NCBI GenBank assembly: GCA_963779755.1
Contig: CAVZZO010000003.1
Coordinates: 928,001 to 992,000, forward strand
Length of the DNA stretch: 64,000 nucleotides
Direction of reading: 5' to 3'
Origin: an uncultured Gemmatimonadales bacterium
GTDB lineage: Bacteria; Gemmatimonadota; Gemmatimonadetes; Gemmatimonadales; GWC2-71-9
Shown in pieces: positions 42,388 to 51,392 of this stretch (the first letter of the stretch is position 1; each line of letters opens with the position of its first letter). Under the pieces are notes generated by a model, which was not told the DNA's origin, ran no database searches, and saw only the letters and a list, made by a program, of their open reading frames with translations. The position numbers were made by a program, and so were the translations under genes.

Positions 42388-42797
42388 GCAGGACGGCCCT
42401 AAAGGACTTCCTCGCGGCTCTTATTGGAGGCCGCTCGGTCGCAGGACGGCAGGACGGCCCTAAAGGACTTCCTCGCGGCTCTTATTGGAGGCCGCTCGGT
42501 CGCAGGACGGCCCTAAAGGACTTCCTCGCGGCTCTTATTGGAGGCCGCTCGGTCGCAGGACGGCCCTAAAGGACTTCCTCGCGGCTCTTATTGGAGGCCG
42601 CTCGGTCGCAGGACGGCCCTAAAGGACTTCCTCGCGGCTCTTATTGGAGGCCGCTCGGTCGCAGGACGGCCCTAAAGGACTTCCTCGCGGCTCTTATTGG
42701 AGGCCGCTCGGTCGCAGGACGGCAGGACGGCAGGACGGCAGGACGGCAGGACGGCAGGACGGCAGGACGGCAGGACGGCAGGACGGCAGGACGGCAG
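42388..42797. repeat. Six identical 53-bp units (8-bp GCAGGACG + 45-bp hairpin cassette) followed by (GCAGGACG)x10
   Basis: Units start 42388, 42449, 42502, 42555, 42608, 42661; one extra octamer at 42441; octamer run 42714-42797. Confidence 0.97.
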
Positions 42798-42843
42798 CCA
42801 GAAAATACCAGGCTGATGGCTAATAGCCTGCAGCTTCGGTCCA

Positions 42844-42918
42844 CGGGGCGTAGCGCAGTCCGGTCAGCGCGCCTGCTTCGGGAGCAGGAGGTCCCCGGTT
42901 CAAATCCGGGCGCCCCGA
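42844..42918 (+). tRNA. tRNA-Pro(CGG)
   Basis: CGGGGCG acceptor, stem CCTGC/GCAGG, loop TTCGGGA. Confidence 0.96.
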
Positions 42919-42924
42919 TAGGAA

Positions 42925-42967
42925 GACGGGAGCAGGACGGGAGGGCCGTCCTGCTCCCGTCATTTTT
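42925..42967 (+). terminator. Terminator hairpin after tRNA-Pro
   Basis: 16-bp perfect stem gacgggagcaggacgg / ccgtcctgctcccgtc, then attttt. Confidence 0.8.
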
Positions 42968-43523
42968 CCATCCTGTTCGCGCCAGCTTCCTCGCTCTGCC
43001 GTCCTGCTCCCGGCAGCACGATATCCTCCAGAAAGAACGCCGCGAGCTCCGCCCGGCCCTGCAGGCGCGATTTCTGATAGACCGCCACGGCGTGCTGCCG
43101 CACGGTGCGCTCGCTGCGCCCGGTGGCGGCGGCGATCTGCTTGTGGCCGTGCCCCTTGAGCAGCATGAGCGCCACCTCCCGCTCCGCCGGCGTGAGCTGC
43201 CACGCCGTGAACTGGTCGTTCACCGCCCGGCCCAGCCCTTCCAGCGCCCGTTCCGCCCGTTCCCGCCAGGCGTCCCGTTCCGCCTGGCGCTCGGTCAGAC
43301 TGCGCCGCAGCGAAGCGGCCGACCGCTCCGCCCGCCCCCATCCCCGCCACAACCAGGCTGTGGTTGCCAGCCCGGCGGCGATCAGGGCCAGCTCATAGAG
43401 CACATGGATCGAGAGCCAGGAGTCCGGCGCATCCAGGGCCAGGTCCAGCATCCCACCGCCTGCGATGGCCAGCAGCAGCACGGTGAGCGGTACGCGGACC
43501 TGTTTCGGCGTGAGTTCGGTCAT
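42960..43523 (-). CDS. Membrane-anchored LuxR-type HTH regulator
   Basis: Two N-terminal TM helices, coiled coil, LTPAEREVALMLLKG..KQIA...SERTVRQH. Confidence 0.88.
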   Translation of the reverse strand: MTELTPKQVRVPLTVLLLAIAGGGMLDLALDAPDSWLSIHVLYELALIAAGLATTAWLWRGWGRAERSAASLRRSLTERQAERDAWRERAERALEGLGRAVNDQFTAWQLTPAEREVALMLLKGHGHKQIAAATGRSERTVRQHAVAVYQKSRLQGRAELAAFFLEDIVLPGAGRQSEEAGANRMEK

Positions 43524-43659
43524 CAGGGGCTCCGGAGCACTCCGTCATCTGCCGGGTACGGGGGGAAAATACGCCGGGTGGCCGGGATGCGTCGAATGTC
43601 GGATAGCGACGGCGGCGCCAGGCTGCCATGATCGGGCAACCTTCAACCGGAGCCGTACC

Positions 43660-44193
43660 ATGTTGCCTGATCCTCTGCACCCGGCGATCGTCCACTTCCC
43701 CGTGGTGCTGATGTTCCTTCTGCCCCTCGTGGCCCTGGCCACACTCTGGCGCATCCGCCGCGGTGCCTCCCCACTCCGCGCCTGGGCGATTACCGTCGCG
43801 GTCGCCGCAGCGCTCGCGCTCAGCGCCTGGGCCGCGGTACAGACAGGCGAGACCCAGATGGAGCGGGTCGAGGACGCCATGGCCGAGGCGCCCCTGGAGA
43901 ACCACGAAGAGATGGCCGAACGATTCCTCGCCCTTTCGGTTGGACTGCTGATCCTGAGCGGGGCGGGACTGTTCCGCGGCCGGGTGGGATCGGTGGCGCG
44001 GGGCGTGGCCGCGGTCGGCACCTTCGGCCTGCTGGCGGCCGGCGTCCCGGTGGGCCACTCGGGCGGCCAGCTGGTGTACCGCTACGGCGCGGCCTCGGCG
44101 TACATCGCCAGCACCGGAAGCGGCGCGCCCGGCACAGCCGGGAGCCCGAATGCGGAGCAGGGCGCTCGCGGGCGGGACAGGGACGGGGACTAA
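43660..44193 (+). CDS. DUF2231-like membrane protein
   Basis: LHPAIVHFP, HEEMA, GHSGGQLVYRYG motifs. Confidence 0.82.
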   Translation: MLPDPLHPAIVHFPVVLMFLLPLVALATLWRIRRGASPLRAWAITVAVAAALALSAWAAVQTGETQMERVEDAMAEAPLENHEEMAERFLALSVGLLILSGAGLFRGRVGSVARGVAAVGTFGLLAAGVPVGHSGGQLVYRYGAASAYIASTGSGAPGTAGSPNAEQGARGRDRDGD

Positions 44194-44990
44194 CGCTCCC
44201 GCTCCGGCTCACCCCCGAGCGGCATCTCGAACCGGCTCTTGAGGGCAAAGCGATCGCCCTCGGACCCGAGCCCAACGCCGACGCCCAGGTTGAACGCGAA
44301 GTCATCTCCCAGGCGGAGAGTAACCCCCGGATAGACCTGATGCGCCTGTTCGCCGCGAGGGAACAGGCGCGACAGGTGGCCGGCCGAGCCCAGGTATTCC
44401 AGTTGCAGTGTGACGCTGGGGCTCACATCCACCGCAATCCGGGCCCCGGGTTCCAGTTCCCAACCGTCCTTCGACTCCGGACCGTTCAGGTCCCGCTCCA
44501 GGGAGGGGGTGAATCCCAGCAGCAAACTTCCCCAGCGCCGCTCCAGAATCGGGGTGACTTCCAGGGTGGCGGAGCTCTCACTGAACGCGGGTCGCGCAAA
44601 CTCCATTTCCACCGACAGACCCAGGTCCACAGGGAGGTGCCAGGCTCCGGGAGCTCGCACGCGGGTACGACCCCGCCAGCCCGCAAACTCCACCCCGCCC
44701 CCGGCCCGGGTGGCGCCGAGCAGGTAGCCGGAGACCTCCCAGAAATCGCTCAGCCCGCGTGTCACCTCGAGCGCGAGGCGACCCTGGTGCTCGCTGGGCG
44801 CCACCCGGGCGTCAAAGTCGCGGGTGCCCCGCGTCGTGTAGGTGAGATGGGTCTCCAGTTCCCAGGCGCCGGCGGGCACCGTCGCATAACCGTAGACCTC
44901 CGGCTCGAACCGGTCCTGGGCGGCAAGGGGGGCCCAAACAGGAAGAATGGCGGACGCGATGGCAGGTATAGCCCACAGGCGCAAGGGCAT
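44190..44990 (-). CDS. Putative outer-membrane transporter/porin
   Basis: Signal peptide PLAA-Q; amphipathic beta strands; Fur-like box upstream. Confidence 0.65.
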   Translation of the reverse strand: MPLRLWAIPAIASAILPVWAPLAAQDRFEPEVYGYATVPAGAWELETHLTYTTRGTRDFDARVAPSEHQGRLALEVTRGLSDFWEVSGYLLGATRAGGGVEFAGWRGRTRVRAPGAWHLPVDLGLSVEMEFARPAFSESSATLEVTPILERRWGSLLLGFTPSLERDLNGPESKDGWELEPGARIAVDVSPSVTLQLEYLGSAGHLSRLFPRGEQAHQVYPGVTLRLGDDFAFNLGVGVGLGSEGDRFALKSRFEMPLGGEPERER

Positions 44991-45068
44991 GCTTGGCTCT
45001 CCATAGTCTTATGCCGGAACGAAATGGAAAGCCGAATATATCGGTCGGAAATTTTGACGCAATAACTA

Positions 45069-45087
45069 GATGAGAATCGTTATCATC
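45069..45087. promoter_or_regulatory. Fur-family box
   Basis: GATGAGAATCGTTATCATC; core TGAGAAT-C-GTTATCA vs 7-1-7 consensus TGATAAT-N-ATTATCA. Confidence 0.65.
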
Positions 45088-45124
45088 GCCCAGACTTTGT
45101 TACGAAAGCCCGGATTGCCGCAGC

Positions 45125-45526
45125 TTACATCTTCCCGTTCGCCACCGCCCGGACGATGTCGCTCTGGGAAATCACGCCCACCAGCTGGCCTTCGTCCTCC
45201 ACGAAGAGCCGGTGCACGCCCAGGTACAGCATCTGCTGCGCGGCCTGCTTGGCATCGGTCTCGGGCGCCACGGAGGCGGGCCGCGGGGTCATGATATCGC
45301 GGACGGCCGTGTCCTCGAGATAGGTCTCCGGGCGCTTGGCCCGGCCATCTTCCGCCAGGGCACTCAGCACATCGGTGGTGGACAACACCCCGACGAGCCG
45401 GTGATGCGCATCGATGACGGGCACACCGGAGACGTGTTCATCCGCCAGGGTGACGATCGCCTCAGCCAGGCTGGTGTCGCTGGCCACGCTGACCACCTTC
45501 GGTTGCATCAGATCGGCGACTTTCAT
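45125..45526 (-). CDS. CBS domain pair protein
   Basis: MKVADLM, VSGVPV, LVGVLSTTD, VRDIMT, LVGVISQSDI. Confidence 0.9.
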   Translation of the reverse strand: MKVADLMQPKVVSVASDTSLAEAIVTLADEHVSGVPVIDAHHRLVGVLSTTDVLSALAEDGRAKRPETYLEDTAVRDIMTPRPASVAPETDAKQAAQQMLYLGVHRLFVEDEGQLVGVISQSDIVRAVANGKM

Positions 45527-45618
45527 ACCCGCCTCCTGGACCGTGCCTGTCATCATGCCCTCCTGCCAGAATACGCCCTGGAGTTTGAGGAATTTCTGAA
45601 GAACCCGGGAAGGACCGA

Positions 45619-46461
45619 TCAGTGAGGCCCCAGCAGGCGCGCGCGCCATGCCAGGCTGAGCGAGAACGCCGGGGCGGTTTCGGTGAGGCCGGCCGCGGCA
45701 CTCAGCACCCATGACGGCGTGCCGGTGCGGAGGAGCGAGAGTGTCGCGCTGACCGGCGGATCGTAGCCGTCCAGGACGGTCGTGCTGCCCGAGAGTGACA
45801 GCGAGGCACCCCAGCCGCTGGGCCGGAGCACGGCCAGGCTGAGGGACCCCTGAAAGGGGTCCCGGAGGTTCAGATCGGGAAGGTCACCCAGGTGCCACCA
45901 GGCAAGGTCGGCACCGACCAGCGTGGTCGTTCCAATGATATGCGAGAGCGAGACGCCGGCGCCGGCATCCCACTGGCCGGTGCCGTAGGTCGCCGTATCG
46001 GCCAGGGGAGCCTTGGCCAGCGCCGAAATTCCCAGTGCGGTGCGGCCGCCGAGCAGCTGCAGCGAGCCCTGCAGCAGCGGGTCGCCTACGGCCAGGTTGT
46101 ACCCGGTATAGGCGGACGACGGCACCACGACCGGCCCCCGCGCCATCCCCATGCCTCCCCCGCCCGAGCCCTGCCGGCCGGAGTCGGCCACGACGCCGCT
46201 GTTGGACCCGCCGGAAGGCACGCTCCCCATCCCGCTGGCGGTGAGGAGGGTGCTGTTCTGCAGAATCAGCGGCAGCGATGCGCGCAGGGTCAGGCGCCCG
46301 GCGGAGAGGGCGAGCCCGCTCTGCAGGGACCAGGTGGTGATCGGGTCGGCAAAGATGTACGACCCCCGGCTCAACCCCAGGCTGCCTTCGTAGTGCAGCC
46401 CCTGCGCCGCAAGCGGCGCAGGGGCAAGGACGAGCAGCACTGCCGTCAGAACGTGCTTCAT
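45619..46461 (-). CDS. Putative outer-membrane beta-barrel (MetA/phenol-degradation transporter-like)
   Basis: Signal peptide; GDP...KAPLAD...GTGQWD pattern; Gly/Met loop. Confidence 0.6.
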   Translation of the reverse strand: MKHVLTAVLLVLAPAPLAAQGLHYEGSLGLSRGSYIFADPITTWSLQSGLALSAGRLTLRASLPLILQNSTLLTASGMGSVPSGGSNSGVVADSGRQGSGGGGMGMARGPVVVPSSAYTGYNLAVGDPLLQGSLQLLGGRTALGISALAKAPLADTATYGTGQWDAGAGVSLSHIIGTTTLVGADLAWWHLGDLPDLNLRDPFQGSLSLAVLRPSGWGASLSLSGSTTVLDGYDPPVSATLSLLRTGTPSWVLSAAAGLTETAPAFSLSLAWRARLLGPH

Positions 46462-46913
46462 GGAGCGGTCTGCCCGATCACCTTCTGCAGGGCAAGATGA
46501 GCCTGCTCCATCTCCTGCTCCATATGGCGCAGCCGCTGCTGCAGCTCATCGGCCTGGCGGAGCCGGTCGCGATCCTTCTGCAGCGTGGGATCCTGATGGA
46601 TCCGGTCCATGTCGCGGATCATCAGGTGGAGCTGGTCGCCGGCCTTCTCCATGGCCTGGCCCATGTCCCGATATTGCTGCTGAGCCTGGTTCTGTTCCAT
46701 CCATTGATTGGTGGCGCGGACCCGTTCCACCAGCTTGTCCATCTGCTGCTGCATCTGCTGCATCTGCTGCATGCGCTGCTGGTGCTCCAGCTGCTGCTGC
46801 TGCTGGGTCGGCTGCGCCATGGGCCGATCCGGCGCCCTGGTGGGCTGCTGGGCCACGGCGGCGGCCGGAAGGGCCAGCGCCAGAGCACAGGCAGCGGCAA
46901 GCATACGTTTCAT
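46458..46913 (-). CDS. Exported Gln/Met-rich helical protein
   Basis: Signal peptide AVA-Q; QQRMQQMQQMQQQM; ATGA overlap with next gene. Confidence 0.75.
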   Translation of the reverse strand: MKRMLAAACALALALPAAAVAQQPTRAPDRPMAQPTQQQQQLEHQQRMQQMQQMQQQMDKLVERVRATNQWMEQNQAQQQYRDMGQAMEKAGDQLHLMIRDMDRIHQDPTLQKDRDRLRQADELQQRLRHMEQEMEQAHLALQKVIGQTAP

Positions 46914-47269
46914 GACCCACCTCGCTTCCAGAGAAAACACCACAACTGCTTCGTAGCGGCAACCTAGAGGAGAGGCCATGAACCAGCAGTGAACCGGAGG
47001 TGAAAGAACCGCGAAAGAACCGGCGCATGCCGGGCTCGTCGCGGATCAGGTTGGGGGGCTACGGATTGGGGGTGGGTGTGACCTGGATCACACACTCGAC
47101 GGCGGGATAGCTGAACCCGTTATTCGCCTGGGCAATGGGACGAACCGTGGCTCCTCGTCCGGGACGGGATCGGGAGCGCTCTGCCGCGGCGCCTGGTTGG
47201 CGCCGATGCCCGGCATCCGCCGGGCCTTGATCCCTATCACCAATCGGGCGACATTCCCTGCCCGCAAAC

Positions 47270-47343
47270 GGGTCCGTAGCTCAGTTGGATAGAGCGCTTG
47301 CCTCCGGAGCAAGAGGTCGCGCGTTCGAATCGCGCCGGGCCCA
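47270..47343 (+). tRNA. tRNA-Arg(CCG)
   Basis: Stem CTTGC/GCAAG, loop CTCCGGA. Confidence 0.96.
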
Positions 47344-47627
47344 TGCACTTACGCCTCGGTCGCCGTTCCCGGTCGCCCTTGCGCTGCATCGCCATCCCGT
47401 ACGTCGCAACGCCCCGGCCCACGGCCGGGGCGTTCTGCATGGCGGGTCACCACCGGCCAGCGAGTCGCGCGCGACCGCGCCAGCACCGCGCGGCGGATCG
47501 GGAAGAGGCAGCGCTGAAGCCACGCCGTTCGGTCAGCCCGCGGGATGAACGGCCTCTTCTCTCGCCTTTCACAGTCGTTTCAGAGCCGGGATGGAAACCT
47601 ACTCCTGACCCTGAGCAGGAGTACATC

Positions 47628-48551
47628 ATGAGTGACTGGACGGCAATCCTCGCCGGTGTGGATGCCCACGAAGAAGGCGCCTGGGCCGCCACGACAGCCT
47701 GGCGCCTTGCGCAGCGTTCCGGGGCGGCATGTTATCTGGTGCATGCCATCCCCCCCGTGTGGCCGGTGGGCGCCGCGGGGCCGGCCGACACGGTGGACGT
47801 GGGCGGCCTGCGGGATGAGGTCTTCCAGAAGGTGCGGGAGCGGCTGGAGCAAGCCCTGGCCGCGCGGGTGCCGGCGGAGGCGCTGGAGCATCTTCAGCTG
47901 CAGACCGGGCGGCCTGCCCGGGTGCTTCACGACACTGCGCTGAAGGTACGCGCGGACCTGGTGGTCCTGGGGGCCAGGTACCATAGTGCCCTGGCCCGAT
48001 GGTTGGGAGGCAGCACCCTGCTGGCGGCGGCGCGCACGCTTGACGTGCCGCTCCTTGCCGCCACCCCATCCTCTGCCAGGATCGAGCGCATCCTCGCCGC
48101 GGTGGATCTCTCCGAGGCCGCGGGGCCGACCATCGCCGTCGCCGAACGATACGCCCGGCTGTTTGGAGCGGCGCTCCGGGTGGTGCACGTAGTCGAGACG
48201 CTCGTCTTCTCCTCGGATATGACCTACCCGACCAGGTTGGAACCGGCAGCGGCCGCCGTGCTCGAGAGGGAGGTCTGGCCGCTCCTGACCCTGCCGACCG
48301 CGGAGCACGTCATCCGGCACGGAACGGCACGCGAGGCGCTCGCCACCGAGGCCGCCGAATGGGGCGCCGACCTGCTGGTGGTCGGCTCCCATGGACGAGG
48401 GTGGATTGACCGCACCCTCCTGGGGAGTGTCACTGCAGCTCTGCTCAAGGACCTGCCCGTCTCAGTGCTCGTGGTGCCGGCAGGCCAGCCGAAGGCCCTG
48501 GGTGGCGACGTCGCGGTGGTGGAGGAGGCTGAGTTCGTCGCGAAGGCGTGA
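47628..48551 (+). CDS. Tandem-domain universal stress protein
   Basis: ILAGVD / ILAAVDLS; DLVVLG..LGGST; DLLVVGSHGRG..LLGSVT; AGGAG RBS. Confidence 0.9.
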   Translation: MSDWTAILAGVDAHEEGAWAATTAWRLAQRSGAACYLVHAIPPVWPVGAAGPADTVDVGGLRDEVFQKVRERLEQALAARVPAEALEHLQLQTGRPARVLHDTALKVRADLVVLGARYHSALARWLGGSTLLAAARTLDVPLLAATPSSARIERILAAVDLSEAAGPTIAVAERYARLFGAALRVVHVVETLVFSSDMTYPTRLEPAAAAVLEREVWPLLTLPTAEHVIRHGTAREALATEAAEWGADLLVVGSHGRGWIDRTLLGSVTAALLKDLPVSVLVVPAGQPKALGGDVAVVEEAEFVAKA

Positions 48552-48602
48552 GCCGGCGCGAGGGTGCGACGCGGGAATCACCCCGGCCGACCTCATGGGC
48601 CG

Positions 48603-48652
48603 GGGGATCAGGAATCAGGAATCAGGAATCAGGAATCAGGAATCAGGAGTCA
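48603..48652. repeat. (GGAATCA)-type heptamer array, about 7 units
   Basis: gggatcaggaatcaggaatc...aggagtca between convergent genes. Confidence 0.9.
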
Positions 48653-48692
48653 GCGCTTCCTCCGGACCCGGACGACTCCGCTCTTTTCCGCC

Positions 48693-50379
48693 TCACGGCG
48701 CGGCCAGATCGGCGGTGGGCAGGAATTGCGGCGCCTTGCGCATCCCCCTGGCCTGCTCATAGGCGTATCCCAGCCGCAGCAGCAGCGCCTCGGTCCAGGG
48801 CTTGCCCATGAAGGTGAGGCCGACCGGCAGGCCGAAGATGTAGCCCATCGGCACCGTCAGCGCGGGGTAGCCGGAGACCGCGGCGGGGGTGGAGTTCCCG
48901 CCGGTGAAATGGTCACCATTCACCAGGTCGGTGGTCCAGGCCGGGCCGCCGGTGGGCGCCACCAGCGCGTCCAGCCGCTGCTTCGCGAAGGCGACATCCA
49001 GCCCCTTCTTGCGCGACAGCTCCCCGCATTTCTTCAGGGCGTCGCGGTACTCCCTGCTGTCGAGGCCGCCCTTCTTCTGTGACTGGATCAACAGCTCCTG
49101 GCCAAAGTAGGGCAGCTCCTCTTTCGCATGCGCCTCGTTGAAGGCGATCAGCTCCTCCAGCGAGTGTACCGGCACCCCCGGCCCGCGGGTGGCGAAATAG
49201 GCATTGAGCCCAGCCTTGAACTCGTAGCGCAGCACCAGGCCCTCGGCGCGACCGTACTTGTCCTCGTCGGGAATCTCCACCGGGTCCACGATCACCGCTC
49301 CGGCCTGGCGCATGAGGTCAAGCGCCTCTTCCATCAATCGATCCACCCGCGCGTCGAAACCGGCGTCGGCCCGCACCACCCCGATGCGGGCGCCCTTGAG
49401 CGCCGCCGGATCGAGCCCGGCGGCATAGTCGTTCCGGATCTGCCCGCGCGCCGCCCGGGTGGCCGCATCGGCGGCATCCACGCCGGCCATGGCGCCCAGA
49501 AGGATGGCGGCGTCGGTCACCGTCCGGGCCATGGGGCCGGCGGTGTCCTGCGAGGCCGAAATGGGAATGATCCCGGTCCGGCTCACCAGCCCCACCGTGG
49601 GCTTGAGTCCCACCACCCCGTTAGCCGAGCTGGGACAGACCACCGAGCCGTCGGTTTCGGTCCCCACCGCCACGGCACAGAAGTTGGCGGAGACGCCGGC
49701 GCCCGAGCCGCTGCTGGAGCCGCAGGGATTGCGGTTGAGCGCGTAGGGATTGTGGCACTGCCGGCCGCGCCCGCTCCAGCCGCTGGTGGAATGGGAGCTC
49801 CGGAAATTGGCCCACTCACTCAGATTCGCCTTGCCCAGGATCACGGCACCCGCCGCGCGCAGCCGCGCCGCCACGAAGGCATCGTGCGGCGCCGGCTCCC
49901 CGTCCAGCGCGTAGGAGCCGGCGGTGGTCATCATCCGGTCGCCGGTGTCGATATTGTCCTTGAGCAGCACGGGAATGCCGTGCAGCGGGCCCCGCAGGTG
50001 TCCCGCCTTGCGCTCGGCGTCCAGCGCGGCGGCGATGGCCGGCGCCTCCGGATTGGTCTCGATCACCGCCCCCAGCGCGGGGCCCTGATCGTCCAGCGCA
50101 GCGATCCGCTCCAGGTAGAGCCGGGTAATGCCGGCGGACGACAGCTCTCCCGCGGCCATGCGCTGCTGCAGGCCGGCAACGGTGGCCTCTTCCAGTTCGA
50201 AGGGCGGCAGCGTGCGGCGGGCGCGGCGCGGGCGTACCCGACGGTGTCGCGGCGTGGACAACGGCGGGTCCGGCTGCCAGGGCCAGCCCCCCGGCGAGGG
50301 CCGCCTGGAGAAAATCACGACGGGCGAGGGACGGGTCGTTCGGCCCGGGCTCCGGGCTTTCCTTCCAGCGGATTGTCAT
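48693..50379 (-). CDS. Amidase-signature enzyme with Tat signal; apparent frameshift near 50211-50240
   Basis: KDNID, GSSSGS, GTETDGS, GLKPT motifs; RRDFL twin-arginine leader lies in another frame; start uncertain. Confidence 0.8.
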
Positions 50380-51262
50380 AGTAGCGCACCGTGGGATAGG
50401 CGAAATCGATGGTGTCCACCTCACCAAACGCGGTGAGAATATCCTCCCAGACCGCCTGCAGCGTTTCCCGGCGGTGGTGGGGGTTGCACAGATAGCGCAC
50501 CGTCAGCAACACCCCGCTGTCGGCCACGCTGGTGAAGACCTCGGCGCCGAGCGAGGGATTCATGATCATGAACCGGCTGGCGGCGCGTTCGAACTGCAAC
50601 CCCGCCTCGCGGGCGGCGGACTCGCCGTGGCGGGCGGCGATTTCCCGCAGCAGCGTCTTGGCCCGGCGCCAGTCGCTCTCGAAGGTGACCAGCACCGGCA
50701 CTTCATCCCAGATGAAATGGAAGCCCTTGGTGTAGTTGGCCAGCACGTTGTTGAAGATCATGCCGTTGGGAATATGGATGATCCGTCCGGTGGCCTGATC
50801 GGCCTCTACCCAGTTGCCGATCTCCATGAGCGAGAACTGGAACAGCCGCAGGTCGATGACGTCGCCGGCATGGTCGCCCAGGGCAATCCGGTCGCCCACG
50901 CCGAAGGGCCGGCGCCAGAGGATGAACAGCCACCCCGCCATATCGGAGACCATGTCCTTGAGGGCGATGGCGAGGCCGGCGGAGACCAGGCCCAGGAAGG
51001 TGGCCAGCTGCTGCACCCCGGCGAACCAGACGCGGCCCACCAGCAGCACGCCGACCACGACGGTGGCGTAGGTGATGCCCTTGCGCCAGCGGTAGCGCAG
51101 CAGGATGTCGCTGGTACGGCGCCGCAGGGTATAGAGCGCCAACTGGCGCAGCAGGATGAGCACCAGCACGACCAGCAGGGTCTCCAGCAGCTTGGCCTGG
51201 AGATTCTCGCTCAGCCCCACGTTCTGGTCGAGCCACTGGCGCAGTTGATCGGAAGGGTTCAT
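50315..51262 (-). CDS. MscS-family mechanosensitive channel
   Basis: GLVSAGLAIALKD, PFGVGDRI, GDVIDL, IPNG, FAYPT. Confidence 0.9.
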   Translation of the reverse strand: MNPSDQLRQWLDQNVGLSENLQAKLLETLLVVLVLILLRQLALYTLRRRTSDILLRYRWRKGITYATVVVGVLLVGRVWFAGVQQLATFLGLVSAGLAIALKDMVSDMAGWLFILWRRPFGVGDRIALGDHAGDVIDLRLFQFSLMEIGNWVEADQATGRIIHIPNGMIFNNVLANYTKGFHFIWDEVPVLVTFESDWRRAKTLLREIAARHGESAAREAGLQFERAASRFMIMNPSLGAEVFTSVADSGVLLTVRYLCNPHHRRETLQAVWEDILTAFGEVDTIDFAYPTVRYYDNPLEGKPGARAERPVPRPS

Positions 51263-51392
51263 CGGTGGCCGCATGGAAGAGACTGGATCGTACGGCGGGG
51301 CCGGGCCGGGCGCAACCTGCCGCCGCCGCAGGGGCCGATTAGATTGGGATCAGCGACGTCTCTGCCCACCCCCGCGTCCCCTGGAGGGTATC

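Noticed and set aside
42388..42713. CRISPR array
   Set aside because: Units are fully identical with no unique spacers, and there are no cas genes in the window.
42919..47269. Integrative element between tRNA-Pro and tRNA-Arg
   Set aside because: Content looks accessory, but I found no integrase and no duplicated tRNA 3' end (att).
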